The position numbers were made by a program, and so were the translations under genes. Of a stretch of DNA of 64,000 nt, positions 12,445 through 26,691 are shown in pieces. The notes beneath the pieces are model-generated. The model saw only the letters and a list, made by a program, of their open reading frames with translations. It was not told the DNA's origin and did no database searches. Origin of the DNA: Chiloscyllium plagiosum (taxonomy: Eukaryota); contig NC_057753.1 of the NCBI RefSeq assembly GCF_004010195.1, positions 3,565,514 to 3,629,513 of the forward strand, written 5' to 3'. How positions within the stretch are numbered: position 1 is the first letter of the stretch; the number at the start of each line of letters is the position of its first letter.

Positions 12445-12854
12445 AGTCCATTCGGCTGCATTTCTGTTTTTCACATTGCGCTGACTGTTGATATAATTGA
12501 TTGCCTTGTCAGTCATTTTACCGAGAATTAAGGTCAACTTCAGTCCAATGAATCTTAATCATAGACTGGTGGATTTCACATTCTGTTTTTTTAGTAAGTA
12601 TTTGAGTATTACATGCAATATTTCTGAAAGAAAATTCAGTTGGATCGGGTTGGGGGTGCGGGTTGGGCCTGGTAATCATTACACTAGTTTGTCACTTTCG
12701 TGCTCGAACTAGAGACATACTGTATTCTCTCCCGTCTTGGCATTCGAGCCAATGTCTACGAAATTTGAGCTGTGGTCTAAAATTGCTCGTGCAATGCCAC
12801 TTCTCCTCCCACATTGCCCTCTGCATTTAAATAAATTATTGCAGGTTTTGGTCG

Positions 12855-13450
12855 ATCACCAAATCCAATATGGCCTCCCCTCTCTTCAGTCTATATTGAG
12901 TCAGAATTTTTTCCTGGTCACACTTGACAAAAGTTGTTTCATCCAAACTATTTGAACTAAGAAGCTTCCAATCAACGTTAGGGAAGTTGAAGTCATCATG
13001 ACAACAACCCTGTTACTCCTGCATATTTCCAAAATCTGCCTCCCAATCTTCTCCTCCGTGTCTCTTTTGCTATTGGGAATTTTTCGAAATCTGCCACTAA
13101 AGAGACTGCCTCTTTCCTGTTTCTGACTTTCACCCATCATAATTCAGTCGTCAAACCCTCCTCAACGACCTCCCTTTCTGCAGCTGTTGTTCTATACCTA
13201 ACTACCAAAGCCACTCACCCAACATTTTTAGCTCCCTCACTACTTTTTGATGCACCTAAACCCTGAAGCACCTGACAACCCTTCCTGCCTCTGTGATTTC
13301 CAATTCTCCGTCATGACCACAACATCATAGCTCAAAGTACTAATCCAGGCTCCAAGTTCTTCAGCCTTATTCCTGACAATTGTTGCGTTAAAATAGGCAC
13401 ACTTCATTGCATCACACTGAGTGCAAATTTGCCAGTCTATCCTTCCTCAC
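12855..13450 (-). mobile_element. CR1 ORF2 endonuclease-region fragment
   Basis: Minus ORF 12901-13140 contains PNSKRDTEEKIGRQILEICRSNRVVVM. Upstream sequence encodes the LRAW..YDVV-type motif. Confidence 0.8.
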
Positions 13451-16400
13451 AGCATTGTTACCTGCCATTTTTAAACAGGACGGTATCTTGAACATTGATT
13501 TGTAACCACTTCACGGTTATTAAATGCATTTTTTTCATTGTCTATAAATTATTGCCGTTTTTGCTTGTTCATTGCATTAAACAGTTTCAATTCCTGCAGT
13601 CAACATTTTCGAACACATTGAAGCAGGGAAATGTTGTGAATAACATTTTACATCTGCAAAATTAGAACAGAACTGTCCATACATGTTTAACAAGTAACAT
13701 CTCAGTCTTTATGTTTAACATGTGAATTTCACGTACGGATGAGACACGACAATTAATCTTGGCCTGTTCACTGCAAACTGTTCTTGCCGTCAGTGATCAG
13801 TCAATATTGTGCCAATATCCTCTTCTCCAGGCTTGCATGAACTCGTGCTTTGCACTAATTTTGCGTCACAAATAAATAGAGTGTTATGTGGGTGTTCATC
13901 TATAATTGCTAACCAGTCTATCCTTCCTTCAACAGAACTTTAAATTGTTTGCAAAGGCTCTAATCAGCGTTTGTACTAAGGAAATTATGAAGGAATTTAA
14001 AATATTCCCGCTGGCAATACGACAGTTCAGAACCTTGGAAAAGGTGCACATTTCTTACGTGACAGTGACTCGTGACTGAATAAGTATGGCTTCTTTTCAA
14101 ATTCCAGTTTTCAATGATCAGCGAAGCGAATGAACACGACGAATTGTCAAATCACTGGCCTCAGGTGAGGGAAACTATCATGGACAATGTGTCTCTACCT
14201 GTGCTCAGTGCAAGGAAGAATTCAAATATGATAATTCCCACTCTCCTTCGTTTCTGATAGATTATTTCTGACACTTATTTGCAAATACAAACAGACCTAA
14301 GCTTTTCATTTCGTCCCTGGGCCCACGCTGACCCCTTCAGATATCTGAACAATTAATCCATTTGTGACTGGCTTTACAATATTATCATCATTATAATAAC
14401 TCTGGGTTACATAGCACATGACAGTGGAAGGAAGATTGAGGAATTATTATGCAAGTAAAAATGATGAAATATAGACATGTAAACAGTGCAGTCTGAAGCC
14501 GTTCCGCTCATTGTGCCTAGACTGGTTCTCAATCCTGATGCCAAAGAATACTATTCCAATGAAACTTTTTGTTCTATGATTTTACTTGACTGATGATGTC
14601 AGAAGATCGGATAAAGGAATATATATCTGAAATAGTGACATGACTTGAGTCTAACATAATTGGAAAAATCCCAGTGGGGAACTTGCTGATGATGAACGAG
14701 ACACATCATATAGAGAATAGAATTAATGTAACAACCACAGGTTTTGACCGTGACATAAGTGTCGCTGATATAAAACTGGGAGGAATCCCCTCTCACTGAC
14801 AAATGGTTGAAATGATCTTTGCTTAGTTGGAATTACAAAATCTCGCAATTTAAACACCTCACTATGTTTTCGCACTGCCATTATTGCTTTCAAATCTGTG
14901 ATCAGTGTTGTATTTCCTGAAAATCCGAGAATAATATTCAAAGCGAATTGAGCCTCATCTCCACTTGCTGAGAAAGAGCTGTTTTACTGGAAGGGGATGT
15001 TAATTTCAATACAATGAAGAATGACATTCAATAAAGAAACGCGTAGATATTGATTAAACATTGCGTTTTGCCAGCTGTCTGAATAGCAGAAATGATCTTC
15101 ACCGAATTGTGACATTACAACTCAACAAATCTATGGAAAATGTGTAAGTTGGGCCTTTCAGTGTTCCAAGCTCTAAATGCTTGGTGTGCACTGGACGACA
15201 CTTACTGCAGACCTTGCCCTGTAAAATAAAAAGAGGTGGATTTGATGTGATTGTTCTGAGGAAGTACTCTCCTACATATTGCCAAGTCTCTGCAATTTGA
15301 ATATCATAAATGCCAATAACATTGATGCTGCGAGACTTGCTGAATTTTGGTTTCTCAGTAATTTCCCTTTCTGTTTCGGATTTCCAGCATCCACATTCAT
15401 TTCAGTGTTCAACTTCTCCTCTATCTTTTCTCCCTCTTTAACGTCACCACATGTAAGTTATACAGCCAAATCTCTGTTATACATTAAATATAGCAGTGCA
15501 TTTCAACCCCTTCAATAAATTGCCAAATGTTGCAATATTTTCATATGTCTTTTCAAGGTCAGAAATTAACACATAAGTGGTAGTGAACATGATAAATAAT
15601 CATTGATCATTGTTGTCAAACTTATTGTTGGTTCAAAAACAAGTGGGCATACGGTAACAGTGAAATCGAGGAATTTTGAAAGGATCTGAGGAAAATATCC
15701 AATACCTACAGGGTGGTTGTTTTCTGGAATGAAGGAACGTGAGACTGTTATAGGTTATAGCATCTTTTTACCAATATAGGCACGGTAGGCAGACGGAAAT
15801 CTTCTGTATTGTATGATTCGATGGTTCTGTAAAACAGACTTTGACATGGCCACATAGCGCTGCTGAATGCCACACCAGCATTGCCTAGCTTCCCGAACAG
15901 CTATGAATGGAGCCATTTTTTACATGAATCATCTAAGTCTTGCAATGGCTGGTGCTGTAGTGTTACCTATGTTGCCATCTCAGAAAATCCATCTATATCT
16001 TTCTAGAAACAGACGTTTACCTGATTCTTTCAATACTGACATGCACGGGAATTGTGATACACAATTTTACAACGTCCACATCAAACCGATAAGAGCCACT
16101 TTTTCCTGTTTTTTTCCTTCCCATGATGCAGAGGAGGAATTGAGTTTCTCTGGCGTTTTGTAGAATTGTGAAATATATTGAACATTATGCAATGTTGAAA
16201 ATCATCACAGAAAGCTTGACATTTAGTTTTCAGTTCAGCAGTTGATATATGTGATGAGAATTTTCCAATTAATAAGGAAAAAAAATCATCCTGTCGCAGG
16301 GATGATTGAAATTGTTTTGACTGAGGAAATAACACTATATACGTTTCTTTACGTTGTACTTTCTACCAACATCTCACCTGCAAAATCACGCATGGAAAAT

Positions 16401-17199
16401 GATGTACTTTTGCAAATATGCTGTCTGCTCTAACTTAGTATAGGTCATAGCCACCATGTACGCAGTAAACTTAAACAAATCAGAAGGGATAATTGATATG
16501 CAATACGTTCAGAGTGATTGTTGATTGCAGTCTAAGTATTGGCTGAGTGACCACTTGCTGCCCTCTCCTCTGATAATCTTCAGAATAGATTCCAGGCTAT
16601 CTTTGGCATCCAGCAAAGTACAAAGATACAGATGCATATCAATGCGCCTTTAAAATATTGCCTGTCTTTATCCTAACATTACAGAGGGAGGTTTGGTTTT
16701 ATTTCAGCTGGGAATTGACAGGTTCAGGTGACTAGAACTCAAATGGACTCAATTTATGTTCTATTTCATTTCAGTTAAAGTCTAAAGTATGTTTCAGAAT
16801 GGGGCATCCTGTGGCAGATAATATTGCGAGAATTCATTCACTGTCATTTCCAAATGGCTAAATGTTTTCCTCAATATAAGTTGCACTTGATTGTAATTCA
16901 TCAACATTTACATTGTTATTGAAATTACTATATTTACAATCTCCATCTTCTTAAAATTTGATCTTGTCTGTTTTAACGAGTTTAATATGGAAATAAACTG
17001 AGTCCATCGAAGGGTTTTTCGTAAAACACGTAATTCACTTCCCAGTATGGATTAATTGACTCGCTATATCGGACAACGTTCCTATATTTTATCAAAGAAG
17101 CATAGAAGAAATTTCATGTGCAACTCTTTTGCTTTCGCATAATCCACGAAGGACATTTTTAAAATTTGCCGAGTTAAAGAAATCTATGAAGTGCCCTGT

Positions 17200-18870
17200 C
17201 GCTATTTATTGAATGAAATGGGTGAGGACTTAAATGAATACTTTGTGTCGATATTCACCAAAGAGCAAGAATTGCTGGAGGATGGTCTCAGGGAAAAGAA
17301 TGACGAATTTCTAAACCAAATTACTATTGAAAGGGAAGACATGTTGAACATTAAAGAAGTATTAAGGTGGATAAGTCCTCGGGTCCTAATGGGATCTATC
17401 TCAGAATATTGATGGAGGCAAGAGAATAGTTGTTGGAACATTTACAGACATCTTCGTACTCTCTTTGGCCACAGGTGAAATTCCAGACGACTGGAGAATA
17501 GTAAATTGTTTAACAAGGGCAGCAGGGATAATCTAGGAAATTACAGGCCTGTAAGCCTCACGTCTGTTATCAGAAAATTATTGGAAAAGGTTCTTAGGGA
17601 CAATATCTTTCCACTTTTAGAAGCAGATGGACTTTTTCAGCGGTAGACAATAATATTTTGTGTGAGGGAGGTCGTGCCTCATTAACTTGATGGAGTGTTT
17701 TAATGAGGGGACGAAGATATTTGATGAGTGAAAAGGTGTTTGATGTCGTCTATGTAGACTTCAGTAAATCATTTGACAATTTCCCTCATGGCAGACAGAC
17801 AGCAGGTGAACTCATGTGCTATCGGAGTGAGCTGAGAAGATTAAGTCATAGAAGATTAAGTGTTGCAGTGGAAAAATGCTTCTTCGAATGAAGGGTTGTG
17901 TTCCACAGGCATCTATGCTGGGACTTTTACTGTTCGTGGTCAACATAATTGATTTCCAGTAAAACGTAGGTGGCCTAACTAGTAAGTTTGCGGTGAATGC
18001 CAAGATCTGTCTTGTGCAGATAGTGAGGAGGATTATCAGCGGATACAGCAGGTTGTAGATCAGTTGGAGGTATCAGCAGGAAAATGGTAGATAGAGTTTA
18101 ATCCAGAGAAATGTGAGGTGATGCACTTTTGAAGGTCAAGTACAGGTGGAAACTGTACAGTGAATGGCAGAACGCTTAGGTATATTGATATGAGGAGAGA
18201 TCTGAGGTGGTGTCCACAGATCACTGAAGGTGTCAGCTCAGGTAGCTAAGTTAGTTAAAACAAAAACGCCTATGGCATGCTTGCGTTCATGGGAAGTACC
18301 ATTGCGTACCAGAATAGGCAATTTATAATGCAGCTTCATAGAACTATAAATTGGCCAGACGTCAAATACTGCATAGGGTTCTGGTCTCCACACTACCAGA
18401 GGAAGAAGATACAGAAAAGGTTTACTAGCATGTTGCCTCGTATAACGGATTTTAGCTATGAAGAAAATTGGATAAATTGGGTTTGTTTTCATTTGAATGC
18501 AGGAGTTGTAGTTGTGACCTGATAGGTGTTTATACAATTGTAAATGGGTAGAGTGAACAGTATGAGTATTTTTTTCCATGCTGGAAGGATCAATAATTCA
18601 AGGTTGTTGGATTGGGTGGAGATGAGTTTAGAACACATGTGCCAGGTAAGTTTTTCAGACAAATGGTGGTGAGTGCGTGAATAGAGCTTCCAGACGAGGT
18701 AGTGGAAGCAGACACAATAGCAGTGTACTGTAAGAACCTGGACAAATACATGAACAGGAAGGGAATACAATGATACAGATCTTGTAAATGAAGAAAGTTT
18801 GATTGTGGAAGGAGAAAATGTGTTAACGCAGGCTCGGAGGGCATCCTGAGCTGCACTGTTCTTTGTTGTT
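17200..18870 (+). mobile_element. Degenerate CR1 LINE (RT and 3' UTR)
   Basis: EMGEDLNEYFVSIFTKE; NYRPVSLTSV; VFDVVYVDFSKSFD; FWSPHY..IQKRFTSMLP; CR1 3' tail near 18800-18870. Confidence 0.9.
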
Positions 18871-19774
18871 TGAATCCAAGACTACATTAATATAGAAGAC
18901 TTGCAATTGCAGGCTGTTTCCAATTATTTCTTAATTACATGATAGCACAAAAGCAGACGTTGAAAATTCATTCAATATCCTTTCACAATACAAGGAAGCC
19001 GATTTCCAAGCGGCTTTTCTCTCACTATTATTTTGCACCAGCGTGAACGCAATTGTTCAAAGGCCTTCTTGCTTTGGTGCAGACGTCTATGATCCTTTAT
19101 TGCCCCAGTCAGACTTTCTTTTCTTTTCGTCCTTGATATGTTAGGAGCTGCGTTCGATCAAACTGATGCTTTTATGCGAGAAACACACAGGATGAGCATG
19201 AAGGGGAGGTGGCAAAAAAGGAGAAGGAAATGGAGATAACTAAGGAGGAGGGACAGAAGCAGGAAGAAAATGACCAGAAATGGATGAAGAGTGTTCAAAA
19301 CAACACACTGAAGAACAAGAAGTGGGGAAAAAGAAACAAAGCACAAGAACGATTCTTCGGGATTCTACCCTTAATTAAAGGCAGTGAGACTCATTGTCGT
19401 TTTGTATGTTGTTTTACACTTCCATTTAACTCTGTATTTTATAACACAAGAACACAAGTCAAACCAAGAAATAAAAAGCATAAATTAAACAGAAAAACTG
19501 CTTGAAAGACTATTTTGTTGCTCAGACAGCGAGCATGTTTCCATTTCTGATCCTGAAGAGGTTATCCCACACAATGTGCCAGTTCATATCCACCTAGGTT
19601 CCCGGTTGGTATCATGTCAATTTTAAAAGGCTCAAACCAGAGATGACTCAATCCACTAACACAGATTTTGAGAATCACTAATGACGGCTTCAGTTCCCTG
19701 CCAAAACAATATTGTATATCATCATCTACTCAGTATATTCAAGACAGGAATTGATGGATTTCTATAAGTAAAAT

Positions 19775-19960
19775 CAAGAACTACAGAAATTGAAAATCTG
19801 AAACAAACGAAAAACTGGAAGGCCAAGAGAAACTCAGCAGGTCTGGCAGCATCTATGGGGAGACTTCAGAAGAAGGATCACTGAATTCGAAATGTTAATT
19901 CTGTTTTGTCTCCACCTAGGCTGCCAGACTTGCCAACTTTCTCCGGGCATTTCTGTTGAT
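19775..19960. mobile_element. Short palindromic Penelope-type element with degenerate hammerhead
   Basis: Inverted arms (agaaactcagcaggtctggcagc ... gctgccagacttgccaactttctc) flank cagaagaaggatcactgaattcgaaatgttaa. Confidence 0.5.
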
Positions 19961-20211
19961 AGATTTCCAAGTATAGAACAACACAAAACGTAGGGCAAGG
20001 GAATGGCATTGTGATAGATCAGGTATAATCTAATGGAATGATCGAGCACATCTAAAGTTCCGACTCCATGCTTCCACCCTTCTTTCCTCTTTACGTACAT
20101 TCTCCAAATGAAGCACTGAATAAAGCAAATGCACCTTGAAAGGAGGATATTATGATAGAAGGCAAGTATGGGGTATGGTGCAAACGCAACAGGAGTTCAT
20201 TATGGATCATT

Positions 20212-21128
20212 CTATTTGCAAAAATGAAATACTTTGACAAAGTATCTCAGGATGTATCTAACCCCATTCGTTAACTCTTCTCTGAATTTTCTTTGTGTTC
20301 CAGCGTAAATAAAAGGATTGATGCAAGAGCTCAATAATTGTAACATATACCCACATTGCTGGAGAATGAATATAGAATTGCGATTACCTGAACCTGAGGA
20401 ATACGTTGTGTTTGCAATTCGGACATAAAGCATCGTCACAAAAGATAATAAATACAATACAATGAAGCTAGCTGAGATCGCAATTAGCAAAACAATAGAC
20501 TTTCTCCGCTTTTCCATCTCTGGGTCAATCAGATTCGCTCCATTTCTCTTGGTCCAAAGTCTCCTACGTGCTTGATTGGTCACTCGAATGTGTTTGACAG
20601 TCAGAGCATTGAGCAGCAAAATCAGAATGAATGGGAGGAAAGGGGTTAATATGGAACGTATCCAGTCATAAGCGATCCATGCTGGAAAGGTATAAATTAT
20701 ATCTTTTATGTTGCAGAACCAAGGTATATTGTCCACTATATATCTAGGTTCCAATTCAAAGTAGACGAAAATATTTTTTACGCAGCTGAGCATACACACG
20801 GTTCCTATGATGCGTGATGCCATTTTCTTGGTGCAATATTTTATTTTCAGTTTCTGACAGGAAATAGATATAAATCGATCAACAGTAAAAACTACCGTTA
20901 ACCAGGCAGAACTGTCAATTGCTGCGATATTTAAGGCAGAACGAACACTGCACACTGGTGTGATAGACAGGAAACTGGATGAGAAATAAATCCCAGCAAT
21001 CCGGTTTAATATTACAACTGTTATCATAACCAGAAGATCTGTCACAGCCATGGAAACCAGGTAATATGTGATACACCCAGTGAGACCACTTCTGCTTCGA
21101 GACAAAATCACGATCGCAGCAACGTTAG
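20212..21128 (-). CDS. GPR139/GPR142-like class A GPCR gene A, exon 2 (TM1 end to C-terminus)
   Basis: Acceptor tcattattacAG|CT at 21130-21129. Open frame ANVAAIVIL..YYLVSMAVTDLL..PVCS..TVDRFISI..PWFC..PFLPFILILLLN..SCINPFIYAG, ending at TAG 20214-20212. Spliced product 328 aa. Confidence 0.93.
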
Positions 21129-22249
21129 CTGTAATAATGAGGCAAAGAGTGAGGGGGGAATAGGAGAGAGGTGAGGTAGAGAGAATATGAATGGGAACTC
21201 GAATGTCACTACTTAAATTTTCACCGTAATTACATGTTTTGCAAACTTCTATGTCAAAGTACAATTTGTAAGCATAAAGCCATGTTGGCAATTGCTCCTT
21301 GCCCTCAGAACCAAAAAAATACTGATTTTGAAACAGCAACAGAGATTAAAACTTAAATAGCTAAATGTCATATTTGGGACCTCAGAACACATGTAGCCCA
21401 GTCAGTCCCTCAAACGTGTTCTGCCTTTTAATGATATCATGGCAGATCTCTGGCCTAATTACAGTTAACTGTCTTTGGACTGTATTCCTTCTAACACTTT
21501 TTTTAATTAAAAAAAAATAAGTCTCTCTCAAACTTCAAATTAAAAGTGTAATAATAAGGTAACATAGCCTAATAGGAACCAATAGTGGACAAGAAGAAAC
21601 CATGTTCACATCACAGCCAAAAAAGGGCATCAAATATACAAAGAAAATAACACATTAACAGACAAATGTAGAGGATATCACTGCAACCAAATAACGGAAA
21701 TTTAAAAAATGTAGAAATGATCTCAAAACACAGATTATATCTTACTGAGAACCCAATTGCTTTCCTTGGAATAAATTATTTTAATGTCATTCACACTCGG
21801 AAAAGTTGGCAATTATTTTGCTCAAAACTTGCAAAACAGCAGAAAGAGAATGAAGAATTTCATGTTACTGTCTGTTCCCCGTTCAGATGTCGATGACACT
21901 GTGTACTCGTGACTTAAGGACCACTTGGGGTGTTATTAGCAGACCTGAATTGCAGAGTTTCCCTCTGACAAAACCTTTTTTTAAGCAATGCAAAACTTTA
22001 TGTTACATAACACGCCGCGACTAACTGATCAATGTTGCCCCAATCGGATATTTGAGTAAAAAGATTCATATCGATTATAAGTTTCACTAGTTATGACGTC
22101 TGTCTTCATGTGAATAAAATAGTGAAGATGAGAACAACCTGAGACATAATCAGTTGAAAAAAGTAGAAAACAATCTCATAGACAGTCATATGAATTCAGT
22201 TATTAAAAAAATACTGTATCAGTATAACAACAGGAAACGACTACTGAGC

Positions 22250-23400
22250 CACTTTAGCTTGCTCCGTTATTCAGCAGGGCCATGAGTCATCTGATTGTAG
22301 CAGTAAACCCATTTTAAAATCTGCCATCGACCCCGTGTCTCCTTTGTTACTCAAATTTTGACTACCATCAAGCATCTTACAAGTTTCAAATAGCATACTT
22401 CCACCATTCGTTTGGACCCAGCGTTCCACGGATTCAGGGGCCTTTATTAGAAATAACAAACAACATTGTCAGAACTCCATCACAAATGCAAACCCCATTA
22501 TTTTTAAATAGCATCCACGCTTCTCGAGGAAATATTCTTTTGCAATTCACCAGTCATGTCCGCTCAGTACCTTTTTATGTTCAAGTAAAATGAGCTATCA
22601 TTCTTCTAAAGTCTAATGAACACAGACTGCAGCTGTGCAATCCTTCCACCTAACGCATTCACCGATTGAATTAGTCAGTATGTCTTAGCTGAACCGTTCT
22701 GATGAAATATTATCCTTTCCTAAATACGAAGACTAAAGCTTTACCAACCTCTGGATATCTTTTCACGTTTCCCCTGTGCAACTGCATCAAAACAATAATA
22801 TTTAGGTTCCATTTCGCGATCGACATATTACACAATTCGATATCTTGCGCTTTATTTCTGTATAAGGCACACAAATTCATTTGTATACGAGATTTTTGCA
22901 TGTTGTCCCGATTTCTTACATATGTTGCGTTTCTATTTCTTCTTGCCAATGATATTACATCCACATCTTCTCACGTTGTCTCACAAGACATATCTTTGCC
23001 ACTCATTTAACATATCTTTTTTTCTTTGGGGTCGCTTTAAGTCCTCTCCACATTTATGGGCATTTACTCATCTTTGTACAATGAATAAAATGTGGAATCA
23101 TATATTGGATCCATTCATATAATCATAGAACCATACAATACAGAAGTAGCCATTCGGCCCATTGAATCTGTACCGCTAAAAATGCACGCTTGCATAACCT
23201 ATCCCGTGTTCCCATACTATTCCTACGGACTTCAATGTTGTCGCCCTCCATTAGATCGCTCCTTAAACTTCTCTACTTCAACGAAAACAACCAGGGCTCA
23301 TCTGGCATCTTATTAAAGCTGAAATGCTCCCCCCTGCCCGACTTCATCGTGGTAAACCTTCTATGCACCCCTCCAGTGCAATCCCAATTCATCAAAGTCA
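22250..23400 (-). mobile_element. Old CR1 3' fragments in the intron of gene A
   Basis: CR1 tail patterns (atcatagaaccatacaatacagaagtagccattcggccc; cctggtaaaccttctatgcaccccctcc-like). Confidence 0.55.
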
Positions 23401-24576
23401 TTTGAACAAATCACAAATCCACAAGTAAGGCCTCAGAGTTGACCTGTATGGAATTCTACGTGTCATATCTTGTTAACGAGAAAATTCATGTCTCCTCTGC
23501 ATTTCACATTAGCTAAAAGCAAACACGTTCATTCTAATGAATTACACCAGAAATCGGGGATTATTTAATTGGCGAACTACAAGCATCAGCATTAGTTACT
23601 TTTCAATGAAGCAAACTGCAAATATAACATGTTCCACAAGCTAAGAATAAAAACAACGTACCTTTCAATTCTGGGCAAATACTGCCTTCCATGGAAGGGC
23701 AACTGTAATGCAGTTCGCATAACTGCCACAATTTAGGTGCAAATGGCGTGTTTTCACTAAATTTTACTCAGTTGGCAATTATTTAATGTTACAGTACTCT
23801 TCACTGATGTGTTAATTTGTGGGAATTTTTCCGTCACTAAAACTGCCAGCAATTGCAATGTAAAAATCCATCCGTACATGCACTTTCAATCAAATTACAC
23901 AGCTCCATTCACCAGCAACATCAACGTACATACCACAATAGAACTAGAATTACAGTGCAATCTGTGAAAATTGACCAACAAAGACATTGCAACCTGACAA
24001 TAGAAACACAATCGTATTGTACTTAAAGCTCAGTCTCAAAAAATGTATGATTGCTACATCTGAACTGCATTCAGATCATCAGATGTTTTCACATTCAACC
24101 ACAATAGCATAGTTTATAACACAATGGATTTATAATATCTGTGAGAACAAGTGCTGTTATCGTGCCAATAATCCAACAAAATCCAATTGCATTGCAAATG
24201 TGAGAAGAGTACACCATCAATGCGATAATATAATAATTACAAAATGTAACAAAAAGCCGACAAATTAGACGCAACGGGTTATTTTGGTAAGGGTCTGAAA
24301 TTAGAATGTTTGTGGAACGAATTAGACATAAAGTGCCATGAAAATATGTAAGAATATCGAAGAAATCATAATGATTGTAAAAAGAACTGATGATATGAAA
24401 TAACGAAACTGATATTATAAGAACGGAAGAAAGAAACAATCTTTAAAACATCAACATTAAACTGGCGAATAGGACATTACATCCTATTTAATGGAAGAAA
24501 GGATATCAGCAAATTACAATGCGCTACTGGCAAAATGGAAAATAGTTGCAGCTAACAAATATCGACAGCATTCTAC

Positions 24577-24646
24577 CTGGAACTCCGATCACTGCAACTA
24601 CGGGATAGTAAATAGTAAATAACAGGCCTGATGGCACTTGGTGCAT
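24577..24646 (-). CDS. GPCR gene A, exon 1 (70 nt): MHQVPSGLLFTIYYPVVAVIGVP+G
   Basis: aaaATG at 24646, 23 codons + G, donor G|GTAGAA. Phase 1 joins CT of exon 2 to give GVP-ANV. Same length and phase as exon 1 of genes B and C. Confidence 0.88.
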
Positions 24647-24697
24647 TTTTATCAACGATATTCTCTGCAATGTACCATTCACGCCAGAATAGTCCTT

Positions 24698-24735
24698 CTT
24701 ATAGCATATTAAAGGCTCCTGGGACTTAAGGAGTT
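24698..24735 (-). promoter_or_regulatory. Gene A proximal promoter: conserved 23-bp motif (O/E-like site) and TATA-like box
   Basis: Minus strand AACTCCTTAAGTCCCAGGAGCCT (24735-24713), then TATAAG (24703-24698). An E-box CAGCTG lies at 24785-24790. Confidence 0.6.
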
Positions 24736-25559
24736 TGTTTGATTTTTTGCATGAATTAAAGCGATTGCCACAAACAGGTTAGTACAGCTGATGCTTGGCA
24801 GGATTTCAGGTTTGATTGAATAGAATGTTTACCGCTTCATGGGAACAAAGAATGGCTTATCATGAAACATCCAGAAACGACTGAATTATCGTAGTAATAT
24901 TGTGCACAGATATACAAACTGTCTATATACTGTGCAACGTCAAAGCAGTGGTTCTCACTGTTGACCACATTTAATAAGTAATAACATTCTTATGGAGAAT
25001 TAATCTGTTTTTCACTTCAAGTCATTTCTTTGTCGACGTAATTGCTGATTAGTTGCAACATGTTTCCAGATCTCGCTCAGACCTTTTATTCCCCAGCAGT
25101 ACAATTCCTTTGGCCCTCGATGTTAAGCCGATATTTTATTCTACTTTAAGGTAAGCCTAACCTAAATGCCCTTCATTGTACTATCTTCCATGTGCCTATC
25201 AAAGAGTCGCTTAAATATCACCAATGCATTTGACTCTCCTACCAATGCTGGCAGTGAATTGCATGCACCTCCCACTCTCTGCGTAAAGAACCTACCCCGA
25301 CATCACTCCCAAACCTTCCTCTATTCGCAATAAAGTTATGCCCCCAATGATCGATATTTTCATCATTTACAATCATTTTAATGCAAACGTGTCTGCAATT
25401 ATTGCAGATAGGTCCAGTCTAAGATAATTACATTTACCGTGTAAAGGATCTGTTCCTTAATAACATATTCGATATGGCCTTTACCTCGGGGCCTTCCTAA
25501 TGGTCAATGTGGAAAGTGCCAGCTCACCATGAACAGGTGACAACACTGTCATGTTCATG

Positions 25560-26380
25560 CCAATATGCCCTATGCGTGTAAATTCAATGCGCAAGTTTCT
25601 TTTTTAGTTAATGACATATGAATGCACAGGTTTTGATCCTTGTGGCTGCATTCAGTGAGTACAAAATTGATTGTGGGGATTCAAATAATGGCAGACATAT
25701 TACATTGAACGTGTAGGAAGCTCTGGGGAGCAGAGGCACCTTGGGATGGTTGTCCACATATCCCTGAAGGCAGCAGGACAGGATAATAAGCGTAGATAAG
25801 AAGGCATAAAGGGCGCTTGCGTTTATTGGCTGTGGTGCAGATTATACGAGCATGGAGAATATGGTGGCGCCGAACAGCAATTTGGTTATGCCATAGCTGC
25901 AGTATTCTGTACACTTTGTGTCACCGCACGAGATGACGGGTGTCATTACATTGTCAGCAGAGGATGTTCATCAGAATACTTGGAATGGAGCTTTTCAACT
26001 ATGAAGAGAAGCTAGATATGCTCAGCCTATTTTCTTTGGAGTAGAGAAGTTGATGGGGGAACCCGACGAAAGTGCAGAATATTATGAGGGTCATGGACAA
26101 GTTGAATAGAAAGCAATTCTTCCTCTGAGTCCAAAGTCAATGATACATGGGTACAATTTTAAAGTGAAAGTCAAGAGTTTTACATTGGATTTGAGGAAAG
26201 ACTTTTTCATCCTAGGGTAGGGAGGGATTGGCCTGACACCCACTTCCTAGGAACGTAGTTGAGGTGGGAACCTCACAATATTTTTAAAATCATTTCCATG
26301 TGCACTTCAGTTAAACATATAAAATAATTGTCAGTGCAGAGGGAAAGGCTAAATGGCCTGTCCTGTACTCTATAATTCAA
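25560..26380 (+). mobile_element. Degenerate CR1 3' fragment
   Basis: Remnants of the CR1 C-terminal region and 3' UTR (gggcc...aaatggcctgtcctgtactctat). Confidence 0.6.
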
Positions 26381-26691
26381 TGCATGATGCCACATTTAGG
26401 GTACTCAGGTTCATTTCAGTATGATTATATTTAGTCTGTAATCCAAGGTCAAATCAGGGTATTCACCTTCAGAGCAGGAATATTTGACCACAGTAAGTTC
26501 AATGTGAACCACTCCTGTTCAACAATCTTAAAATCAGTATGCACTTTGATGGGTCAATATAGTTTTGTCAGCGGCGGAGAGAATCATTCAATAATGCATT
26601 TAGAGACTCAACTCAAATTAATAACGATACTTTCCACATGGGCTAGTGCAATCTCAGAATGATTGCGTACGGATATATTCAGCTGAACTGT

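Noticed and set aside
19158..19505. Lys/Glu-rich and Leu/Phe-rich ORFs
   Set aside because: Purine-rich low-complexity DNA with no recognisable domain or splice structure.
21129..21339. N-terminal ~70 aa of the 375-aa ORF (MLFQNQYFF...)
   Set aside because: Intronic read-through. A pyrimidine tract and AG acceptor sit at 21130-21129, exactly where the paralogs splice, and a proper exon 1 exists at 24646-24577.
24095..24439. Hydrophobic 114-aa minus ORF as an extra membrane-protein exon
   Set aside because: Lies in the AT-rich intron of gene A, has no GPCR motifs and no counterpart in genes B or C. T-rich composition explains the hydrophobicity.
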